Source of the DNA: a virus
Lineage: Duplodnaviria > Caudoviricetes
Strand: one strand, 5' to 3'
Length of the DNA stretch: 47,896 nt
Virus record (IMG/VR): IMGVR_UViG_3300005326_000061
Span: 1 to 47,896 of that record
Shown here: positions 29,002 to 36,605 of the stretch, one piece after another
Numbering within the stretch: position 1 is the first letter of the stretch
Layout: each line of letters opens with the position of its first letter
Notes under the pieces: model-generated
Seen by the model: the letters and a program-made list of their open reading frames with translations, nothing else
What the model was told of the DNA's origin: nothing
Database searches by the model: none
Made by a program: the position numbers and the translations under genes

Positions 29002-29032
29002 CCCTTATACTTTAACCTTTATCCTTTAACAT

Positions 29033-29794
29033 ATGGCTGATACAAAAATAGAATGGGCTACCAAGGTATGGAACCCCGTAACCGGTTGCACCAAGGTAAG
29101 CCAAGGGTGTAAGAACTGCTACGCAGAGAAGTTTGCCAAACGGATGCAGCACCACCCAAACCAGAAGATAGCCGATAAATACTTTTATGGGTTCAACCCA
29201 TTTACCCACCCTGAAACACTTGGTGAACCCTACCAATGGAAAAAGCCACAGCGAGTATTCGTTTGCTCCATGGGCGATCTGTTTCATGAGAATATTCCGT
29301 TTGATTTTATTCGTGAAGTGATTGGCGTGATTCATGATAACCCTACGCACACCTTCTTAATTCTTACCAAGCGAGCAGAACGAATGAGCGAGTTTTTTAA
29401 ATGGCTTGGCAACTCTAACCTTACAGTTAACTTCCCCAATATGTGGCTTGGCGTTACTGCCGAAAATCAGGAAGCCGCCGATGAACGAATTCCTGTTCTT
29501 CTGCTAATACCTGCAGCAGTTCACTTTGTTTCCATAGAGCCAATGCTGGGAAAATTATATTTGATGCCTTATTTAAAACTAAGACAAGGTTTGGCGTTAG
29601 ATTGGGTTATCTGTGGTGGAGAAACGGGTCCAGGCGCAAGGCCAATGCATCCAGATTATGTTAAATATTTACGTAATCAGTGCGAAGCAATCAATATACC
29701 ATTCTTCTTTAAGCAATGGGGTGGTAAAACTAAAGGTAGTAGCATTGGCGGAATTGAATACAAGCAGTTCCCTAAATGCGAGGGAGGGAGATAA
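29033..29794 (+). CDS. DUF5131 / Gp37Gp68 radical-SAM-like protein
   Basis: 'WNPVTGCTKVSQGCKNCYA', 'SMGDLFH', 'ILTKR', 'WVICGGETG', 'FFFKQWGG'. Confidence 0.9.
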   Translation: MADTKIEWATKVWNPVTGCTKVSQGCKNCYAEKFAKRMQHHPNQKIADKYFYGFNPFTHPETLGEPYQWKKPQRVFVCSMGDLFHENIPFDFIREVIGVIHDNPTHTFLILTKRAERMSEFFKWLGNSNLTVNFPNMWLGVTAENQEAADERIPVLLLIPAAVHFVSIEPMLGKLYLMPYLKLRQGLALDWVICGGETGPGARPMHPDYVKYLRNQCEAINIPFFFKQWGGKTKGSSIGGIEYKQFPKCEGGR

Positions 29795-29914
29795 CGTGAC
29801 TGCGCTAAGAACAGCACCCTGCTTGGGAATCAGAAGGTAAAAAGCGGAAATATAATTTGTTTTTAAATTTTGAAGGGAGGGTTTTTATTTTTTATTTTTT
29901 TTTGACGAACGGTA

Positions 29915-29962
29915 TTGCAAATAAAAAAAACGTGTGTATCTTTGACGTATAAAATGCACACG
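29915..29962 (+). promoter_or_regulatory. Promoter of Y RNA/Ro60 module with inverted-repeat operator
   Basis: TTG at 29915, TATCTTTG at 29937-29944; cgtgtgtat (29931-29939) / atgcacacg (29954-29962). Confidence 0.65.
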
Positions 29963-30109
29963 AAACGAATGAGAAGATTTCATTTTTTTATAGAGCAAGA
30001 ATGGCTTGATAGATTAAAAAGAGATGTGAAACTACACGGATTTACAAATGTTTCATCTTTTGTAAGATATATTATCATTAAGTTCTTTGAGAAAAATAAA
30101 AAGCAGTAG
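29954..30109 (+). CDS. Ribbon-helix-helix regulator
   Basis: 51 aa; beta strand RRFHFFI, helix, 'G.TNVSSFVRYII'. Confidence 0.7.
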   Translation: MHTKRMRRFHFFIEQEWLDRLKRDVKLHGFTNVSSFVRYIIIKFFEKNKKQ

Positions 30110-30234
30110 CGATAGGTGAGTTACTTCATGGATATTTGTGTCGTTGGTTCGAATCCTTCTATCCTGTTTACAGGATATAGCTCAGCTGGTAGAGCAAAAT
30201 AATAAAGCTCTCACTTAGACTTTCTCTGCTTTTT
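30098..30234 (+). ncRNA. yrlA: Y RNA, YrlA-like (permuted tRNA mimic)
   Basis: Ends paired (aaaaagcag/ctgcttttt); GCGA internal loop; T-loop ggttcgaatcc, then loop-closed acceptor stem tatcctg/caggata, then D arm tagctcagctggtagagca; adjacent to Ro60. Confidence 0.85.
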
Positions 30235-30241
30235 TAAAATA

Positions 30242-30306
30242 TTGCGAGTGGCGAGAACAATGTTACTTCTTTGGCGAAAAACACATTGTTCATTTTACCC
30301 TTGCAA
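30242..30306 (+). ncRNA. Minimal Y-RNA-like gene 2
   Basis: ttgcgag/cttgcaa outer stem, tggcga loop, gaacaatgt/acattgttc inner stem, tacttc motif shared with YrlA. Confidence 0.7.
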
Positions 30307-30310
30307 CTTA

Positions 30311-30378
30311 TTTTCGATGGCGATGATAAAGGATACTTCTGCTAAAAGTTAACCCCTTAATCAAATTTACCCCGAAAA
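30311..30378 (+). ncRNA. Minimal Y-RNA-like gene 3
   Basis: ttttcg/cgaaaa outer stem, tggcga loop, tgataaagg/ccttaatca inner stem, tacttc motif. Confidence 0.65.
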
Positions 30379-30387
30379 CATCTTGTA

Positions 30388-30425
30388 GGATTGTAAGGCT
30401 TTTCGCTTTACAGCCCTTTTTTTTT
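30388..30425 (+). terminator. Intrinsic terminator between Y RNAs and Ro60
   Basis: ggattgtaaggc/gctttacagccc stem followed by T9. Confidence 0.75.
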
Positions 30426-30445
30426 ATCCACTAAAACCAAATAAT

Positions 30446-31912
30446 ATGTCAAGATTTAATTTAACATCAGAAGGGTCTAAAACCGTAAATTTAGCAGGCG
30501 GACAAGCATACTCGCAAACACCTGAATTAGAATTAGTGTCAATTCTTTTGACCTCATTTGCAAACGACCAATTTTATAAATCGGCAAACAATACATTTGA
30601 CCGATTAAAAGAATTAGTAAGGATTTGTGACAAACAATTTGTGGCGCAAGCTGCAGTTTATGCAAGAACAAAATTTGGTATGAGGTCAATTACTCACGTT
30701 GTTGCTTCTGAATTAGCAAAATATATCGGCGGCGAAGTTTGGGCTAAAGATTTTTACAATACAATAGTTTATAGACCTGATGATATGATGGAAATACTTT
30801 CGTATCATACCGATAATAATGGCAAAATACCCAATTCAATTAAGAAAGGATTTGCAAAAGCATTTAACAAGTTCAATACTTATTCATTAGCAAAATACAG
30901 AGGAGAAGGGAAGGGATTTAAACTGATTGATATTGTTAATTTGGTGCACCCTATACCATGTGAAAAAAATGCTGATGCAATAAACTCTTTGGTTAAGGGT
31001 GAATTAAAATCATTTGATACATGGGAAACTGAACTTTCAAAAGCTGGGCAAATCGCAACAAATGAAGATGAAAAATCTGAATTTAAGAAAGATGTTTGGA
31101 TTAAATTAATACGTGAAAGAAAACTAGGTTATTTTGCTTTACTTAGAAACTTAAGAAATATTATAAAGCAAGCACCAGAAATAATTGACGAGGCTTTAGA
31201 AACGCTAACCAACGAAGAAATAATAAAAAAATCACTTGTTTTGCCATTCAGATTTTTAACTGCATTTGAGGAAATACAAAAGTTAAACGATGGCAAGATT
31301 GTTAGAACTGTGCTAATAGCACTAAACAAGGCTGTTGATATTGCGGTTAATAATATACCTAAGTACAATGGCGAAACATTGGTTGTTTTAGATGTTTCTG
31401 GTTCTATGTCTGGGAAACCTGCTATTATAGGATCTTTGTTTGCATCTGTTTTGATTAAATCTAATAATGCGGATTTTATCACATTTTCAGATATCGCAAA
31501 CTACAGAAACATTAATCCAATGGACTCAACAATAACCATTGCCAATTCTATACGATTTGCTTCTGGAGGAACTAATTTTAGGTCAATATTCCAAGTTGCA
31601 AATAAGAAATATGAAAGGGTAATTATACTTTCAGATATGCAAGGATGGATTGGTTATGAAACTCCAACGAAAGAGTTTAATTATTGGAAACAGGCGACAG
31701 GTGCAAATCCTTTTGTTTATTCCTTTGACCTTAATTCGTACGGTTCAATGCAATTTCCTGAAGCGAATGTATTTTGCTTGGCTGGATTTTCAGAAAAAGT
31801 ATTTGATATTATGAAGTTACTTGAGTATGATAAAAAAGCATTAGTAAATGAAATAAAGAAAGTTCCTTTTACCAACGGCTGCGAAGCAGACGAAGCGGGC
31901 GGGAAAATTTAA
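30446..31912 (+). CDS. rsr: Ro60/Rsr TROVE-domain RNA-binding protein
   Basis: 'NLAGGQAY', 'TWETELS', 'ALLRNLRN', 'LPFRFLTA'; vWA MIDAS 'LDVSGSM', 'GGT', 'ILSDMQ'. Confidence 0.93.
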   Translation: MSRFNLTSEGSKTVNLAGGQAYSQTPELELVSILLTSFANDQFYKSANNTFDRLKELVRICDKQFVAQAAVYARTKFGMRSITHVVASELAKYIGGEVWAKDFYNTIVYRPDDMMEILSYHTDNNGKIPNSIKKGFAKAFNKFNTYSLAKYRGEGKGFKLIDIVNLVHPIPCEKNADAINSLVKGELKSFDTWETELSKAGQIATNEDEKSEFKKDVWIKLIRERKLGYFALLRNLRNIIKQAPEIIDEALETLTNEEIIKKSLVLPFRFLTAFEEIQKLNDGKIVRTVLIALNKAVDIAVNNIPKYNGETLVVLDVSGSMSGKPAIIGSLFASVLIKSNNADFITFSDIANYRNINPMDSTITIANSIRFASGGTNFRSIFQVANKKYERVIILSDMQGWIGYETPTKEFNYWKQATGANPFVYSFDLNSYGSMQFPEANVFCLAGFSEKVFDIMKLLEYDKKALVNEIKKVPFTNGCEADEAGGKI

Positions 31913-32102
31913 AAAGAAATTAAGTAAACGTAATGCTTTATCCCATGAAACAAGATGTTAGTGTTGTTTTTAGCGCAAGTTATGTGGCGCATGGGGTAAG
32001 GCTTTTAATTTATGTTCTTTATAATTTAAAAGCGTGGGTGGGTTATGTTTTGCTGCCACAATTAGGCATCAAATAGCAATAAATAAAAGGCAGCAAAATG
32101 GC

Positions 32103-32164
32103 ACATAACAGTAAGATAAAATTGTGTCACGCCTTGGCGTGATGAATTTTATCGCTCGTTATCG
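32103..32164. mobile_element. attC-like recombination site
   Basis: ACATAAC-N5-gataaaatt-g-tg-tcacgcc-tt-ggcgtga-tg-aattttatc-N4-GTTATCG; about 62 bp hairpin with one unpaired base. Confidence 0.65.
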
Positions 32165-32223
32165 AGTCGTGCCGCCGTAGGCGGTATGACGTGCGCGAGG
32201 GCAAAATTTTTTAATATAAATTT

Positions 32224-32508
32224 ATGGAACCAGCAAAACCAAAAACCAGAAAGCCACGCAAGCCCAAAGCAATCGTATTGGTGGAAGAGAAGCCCTTATT
32301 TAGGGTAACTATCAACGGCGTGCAGTTTGTGCAGCGGGAAGCAAAAAAGATTGTTGTAGATAAATCCCCTTGCCTATTGTCAGTTCCACCCAAGGTAGAT
32401 ATCATCAAGGAGTATGGGCTTATTGGACAAAAGTTGTCCAAGCTCACCCGCGCGCAGCGCGAATGGGTGATCAAAAAGTTTGAGCTGAACTTTGAACTAA
32501 TAAAATAA
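32224..32508 (+). CDS. Hypothetical basic protein
   Basis: 94 aa ORF. Confidence 0.65.
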   Translation: MEPAKPKTRKPRKPKAIVLVEEKPLFRVTINGVQFVQREAKKIVVDKSPCLLSVPPKVDIIKEYGLIGQKLSKLTRAQREWVIKKFELNFELIK

Positions 32509-32518
32509 TTTAATCATT

Positions 32519-32746
32519 ATGCTACTACATGGATTACAACCGCCATCAAAAACAATAGATTACAATGAAGTTTTTGATAAGATCACCAAGGAAAAATATC
32601 TTGGTGAAGAACCTTTTTTAATAAAACTGCTAAAATTAAATCATAAAGTGATTGAAAGTATCTATTTTAATAATGGTGAATACCTTATTAAAATAAAAGA
32701 TATTTATAAAAGTCCATATTTCTTGCCAGATGACGTTACGCTATGA
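32519..32746 (+). CDS. Hypothetical protein
   Basis: 75 aa ORF. Confidence 0.55.
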   Translation: MLLHGLQPPSKTIDYNEVFDKITKEKYLGEEPFLIKLLKLNHKVIESIYFNNGEYLIKIKDIYKSPYFLPDDVTL

Positions 32747-32967
32747 GAAAAAAGTTAATTACTTCACAGCGCGGTAAAACCTGGAAGGGTGAGCTGCTCA
32801 CCGAAGAAAACCTCTACGGAAGGCTTAAGGTGAAGTACCATGGCCAGATCTATAGAACCGGCAACAGGAGGCTGGGTATGGTGGAGCTGTATAACCACGG
32901 AACATTTATCCGGATGGTTAGAATAAGCCAAATCTACCTACTTAAAACTATTACTGTAGACAAATAA
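32743..32967 (+). CDS. Hypothetical protein
   Basis: 74 aa, coupled. Confidence 0.6.
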   Translation: MRKKLITSQRGKTWKGELLTEENLYGRLKVKYHGQIYRTGNRRLGMVELYNHGTFIRMVRISQIYLLKTITVDK

Positions 32968-32993
32968 TCCGTTAACCTAATAACTTAATAACC

Positions 32994-33017
32994 AAAACCC
33001 GCTACTGGCGGGTTTTT
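32994..33017 (+). terminator. Intrinsic terminator ending the early operon
   Basis: aaaacccgc-tactg-gcgggttttt. Confidence 0.75.
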
Positions 33018-33453
33018 CCTTTTTCAAAATCGCGCGCCCTCTCTCTTTTTATTTATTTATTGGTGCAAAATTGCTAAGGTGCTCATATATAATATTTTAT
33101 TTATTTTAATGCGTTTTTTTACAAACCACTCCTTGAAAATATTTGTAAATAATTAGTGCTTTAGTACGTACTTTTTTTATTTACTGTGAATCAGGTTTTT
33201 ACACCGTACTTTTTCTGCACGAATTGCGCACTTTTTGCACAGAGTGCGCACTAGTGCAACCCAAAAACTATATATCTAATTAACTATTAACCATTTAACT
33301 ATACCGCTTGTACTTTTGCACCGCTGCACTAATTTTTTGGTGTGCATTACTAGGGGTACTTTGTACTTTAACGGTTAATACCTTTCTAATAACTAGCCCT
33401 TTTGCCCTTTCAAATAGCCCACCAATTGGCTTACTTTTGAAGAAAAAAGGGGT

Positions 33454-33942
33454 ATGTGTGAGAATTTAACGGTAACCATCAAGCTAAAACCTTACCTAAA
33501 GGAGTATATCCAATGCAAGTTTAACGGGAGAATGGACGAGCGGAATAACCTGATCATCTCCATCATCAAACCATTTCTGGAAAGGATTCCTGTAGGGTAT
33601 CGGCATAAAAAGAATGTAAACACGGAGGAACTGCTGATAATCCCCCTACCGGTGATTGATAAGTTCTGGGATGGGAAGGTATACGTATCGGATGAGAACC
33701 TGGAGAATATTGAGCGGATAATTTACGCCCATTTCAAGGATGCGCTCTTCAGCTACCTCGATGATAAGACCAGGTACACCCCCGAGATTAAAAAGTGCAT
33801 CCTGCAATTCTGCTCCGACAACAATATTACCTTCAATTCTACCAACTACGATACCCTAAAAAAGGCGTACTACCGTGCAAGAAAAAAGCACAATATCTTT
33901 AAGCAAACAGTCCCTGTAATGTCCCTAATATTTATGCTATGA
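33454..33942 (+). CDS. Hypothetical protein, candidate late transcription regulator
   Basis: 162 aa; first gene of late region; C-terminal 'FC..NNI....YDTLKKAYYRARK' HTH-like. Confidence 0.5.
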   Translation: MCENLTVTIKLKPYLKEYIQCKFNGRMDERNNLIISIIKPFLERIPVGYRHKKNVNTEELLIIPLPVIDKFWDGKVYVSDENLENIERIIYAHFKDALFSYLDDKTRYTPEIKKCILQFCSDNNITFNSTNYDTLKKAYYRARKKHNIFKQTVPVMSLIFML

Positions 33943-35129
33943 TTGCCCCTGAAAATAATATCAATCTGGGTGGAGTGGTAAAGCTGGAGCTTGTACCACT
34001 GGCCAACGCAGTTTCTGTTCGCGAGAAGAACCTGAGCTGTATTCTAACAGTAACCGATGGCTTTACTCCAGCCGTAGTCTACAGCACCTATAAGAGCAAC
34101 CGGGTGCAGAATGAGCCCACCAGAACCGATGGGGGAACCAAGTACCCGAGCGAGGTTCGCTGGCTGGTTCCTCAGGATCGATTGGCGCTATGGGAATCTA
34201 TTCTCCCATACCTAAACCAGCACGTGCTAATTATAGCCACGCTCAACGATGGAAATCAGAAGCTGTATGGAACACCTGATTTTCCGCTGCTGCTCACCGC
34301 CAAGCATACCCCTTACACCACGCCCGATAGCTGGAATGGTGCAGAGATCATCTGCCAGGGTAGTGATATTCTTCCAGGAAGATTTTTACTGAATATTTTT
34401 GAATATGTAGAACCAGAGGAACCGGTAGATCCTGATCTACAGCTATTGCTCAGGGCTGATCAAGTTGAGCTATCATCGAGCCGTGTAACTAGAGTTATAG
34501 ATCAAACCGGAAACGGTTTTGATGCGATTACTAACTTTGGGTATGCTGGACCATTGGTAATATCAGATCATTTGAATGGTCATCCTGTATTTGATTTTGA
34601 TTCTGCTTATAATAGAGTGGGGTTGAAGATAGTCACTGACTATTTTGGCAAAACTTCTTTGTGGGGTGGTGGAGAAAATGGAATTTCTGAGGAAGATTCT
34701 TTCACTCTATTTTTTGTAGCAAAACATAATGATACTCATTCGGACATACTAAGGTTATTTGGTAATAATAATCTGGAATTTCAATTCAAGCAATTTAGTG
34801 GGGATGATTGTATAACCATTTCTGATAAAGGGGATATCACTACTGATCATGCTTATTTAAGAGGACATGACAGTGATTTCCATATTTGGGCTATTGTTCA
34901 ATCAGAAGGGGTTTGTTCTATTTATTTGGACGGGGTTTTATTATGGGAACCAGCCCTCACTACGGAAACAGAGAAGTCAGGTGATTTTCTAATTAATAAG
35001 ATGAATTGGATTGGTGAGGCAACCAACAAGTTTATGATGGCTGAGTTGAGAATATACGATTCATTGCTAAGTACATCAAAATTGGCTAGTATCATAGCTG
35101 AGCTTAAATCGTACTATGCAATTTCTTAA
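33939..35129 (+). CDS. Structural protein with C-terminal LamG/ConA-like domain
   Basis: N-terminal 'NLGGVVKL..GNQKLYGT..PL' module; C-terminal 'FHIWAIV...IYLDG...AELRIYDSLLS'. Confidence 0.6.
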   Translation: MIAPENNINLGGVVKLELVPLANAVSVREKNLSCILTVTDGFTPAVVYSTYKSNRVQNEPTRTDGGTKYPSEVRWLVPQDRLALWESILPYLNQHVLIIATLNDGNQKLYGTPDFPLLLTAKHTPYTTPDSWNGAEIICQGSDILPGRFLLNIFEYVEPEEPVDPDLQLLLRADQVELSSSRVTRVIDQTGNGFDAITNFGYAGPLVISDHLNGHPVFDFDSAYNRVGLKIVTDYFGKTSLWGGGENGISEEDSFTLFFVAKHNDTHSDILRLFGNNNLEFQFKQFSGDDCITISDKGDITTDHAYLRGHDSDFHIWAIVQSEGVCSIYLDGVLLWEPALTTETEKSGDFLINKMNWIGEATNKFMMAELRIYDSLLSTSKLASIIAELKSYYAIS

Positions 35130-35271
35130 TCAATTTATCTTAATTAATGCGCATTGCACACCGTGCGACTACGCTGTAGCTTCGGCGCAAGCGTAAACTT
35201 TAGCGTAGGTGTGTCCTTTCAACCCCTTATATAATGCCATAGCATTGCATCAAATTATGATTTGATTCGCA

Positions 35272-36600
35272 ATGCACTACCTACTTTTACAAGTTTTCCG
35301 TTCACCCTGGATGATCGACCCTAGCTATGCTCAGTCATCCCATATTTTTATTAAGCAGCTGCTGGAAGGCAAGCTGGTATTCGAGGGCAACCGTGAGGAT
35401 TTTAAACCCAAGATGTTTTTTGGTTCAACCCCTTTGAATGTTAAGGCATATAACAACAGCGCACAGCGTGGGAGTTCACGTAGTAGCGTGGTTGCTGTTA
35501 TTCCCGTTAAAGGTGTTTTGCTTAAGGATGATCAGGAGTGTGGACCGGTGGGCATGGATACCATTGGTAAATTTATTAAGCAGCTGGATGCCGATCAATC
35601 GGTGGATGCCATTATGCTCAACATCGATTCCCCCGGCGGAACTGTTTCCGGTACCGCCCAGCTTGGTGAGGTAATCAGGAACACCAAAAAACCAATCGTT
35701 GCCTTTGTTGATGATTTTACCGCAAGCGCAGCTTACTGGCTGGCATCACAATGCGATAGAATTATAGCCAGTACACCTAAATCAGAGGTTGGAAGCATTG
35801 GGGTAATGCTATCATGGGCTGATATGCAACCGATGTGGGAAAAAGAGGGAGTTGTATTCCATGAGATTTATGCCGATGGTAGCGAGAAAAAGAACCAGGA
35901 TATAAAAGAGATCCGCGCAAAAAAGTATGAAGGGTATAAGGAAAGAGTACTCAACCCGTTACTTGAAGATTTTGTGCTTGCTGTAAAGCAGGGTCGTGGC
36001 AAAAAAATTAAGGATGAGGCTGCTTTTGATGGCCATATAGAATTTGCCGAAGATGCCATTAAAACCGGATTGGTAGATCAAGTAGCCAATTTTGAGGAGG
36101 CGATAGATATTACCCTAGGGTTGGTAAGCAACCAGCCCATTTCAAAAAGTGAGATCCCAAAACCAAAAATAGAAACTATGACAAAATTTGCTCGAACCGC
36201 TGCTGTGGTTGGAGTACCCTCGTTTGAGGTGGCTGATGGCGGTATTTTCCTCACCGAGGATCAGATGACCGCCAATGAAGCCGCTTTGGAAAAAGCCGAG
36301 GGTGACCGTATTGCCTTAGAGCAATCCCAAGCACAGGTGCAAGCGCTGCAGGGTACAGCTACCCAGCATGAAAGCACCATCGCTGAGCGCGATGCAACCA
36401 TTGCCGCACAGGCAAAGGAAGTTGACACCCTTAAACAAGCTGCTGGTGCACAACCGGCAATTGTAACCTCTAAATCCGACCTTGAGAGCAAGGAAGGCGA
36501 AAACCCCATGGTGGCTGAAATTAATGCTACCAGTGATACCGCTGAACGCATAGAGATCATGCGCAAGCATGGATATGGAAAGCAAACCGTTAAAAATTAA
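35272..36600 (+). CDS. Prohead protease (S49) with C-terminal scaffold
   Basis: 'IDSPGG', 'ASAAYWLAS', 'VGSIGV'; coiled-coil tail; precedes capsid gene. Confidence 0.9.
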   Translation: MHYLLLQVFRSPWMIDPSYAQSSHIFIKQLLEGKLVFEGNREDFKPKMFFGSTPLNVKAYNNSAQRGSSRSSVVAVIPVKGVLLKDDQECGPVGMDTIGKFIKQLDADQSVDAIMLNIDSPGGTVSGTAQLGEVIRNTKKPIVAFVDDFTASAAYWLASQCDRIIASTPKSEVGSIGVMLSWADMQPMWEKEGVVFHEIYADGSEKKNQDIKEIRAKKYEGYKERVLNPLLEDFVLAVKQGRGKKIKDEAAFDGHIEFAEDAIKTGLVDQVANFEEAIDITLGLVSNQPISKSEIPKPKIETMTKFARTAAVVGVPSFEVADGGIFLTEDQMTANEAALEKAEGDRIALEQSQAQVQALQGTATQHESTIAERDATIAAQAKEVDTLKQAAGAQPAIVTSKSDLESKEGENPMVAEINATSDTAERIEIMRKHGYGKQTVKN

Positions 36601-36605
36601 ATACA

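Larger units (their letters stand above)
29791..31983. mobile_element. Inverted-repeat-bounded (split attC-like) element carrying RHH, Y RNAs and Ro60
   Basis: Left arm ATAAC..tgcgctaagaacagcac..aatttgtttttaaatttt (29791-29871) is complementary to right arm aaaatttaaaaagaaatt..gtgttgtttttagcgca.GTTAT (31904-31983). Confidence 0.65.

Noticed and set aside
30140-30200. Canonical tRNA gene
   Set aside because: T arm precedes D arm, the acceptor stem is loop-closed and there is no anticodon arm; fits a YrlA Y RNA instead
30098-30378. CRISPR array or type III toxin-antitoxin RNA repeats
   Set aside because: Units share structure and short motifs, not identical direct repeats; no cas or ToxN-like gene; the neighbour is Ro60
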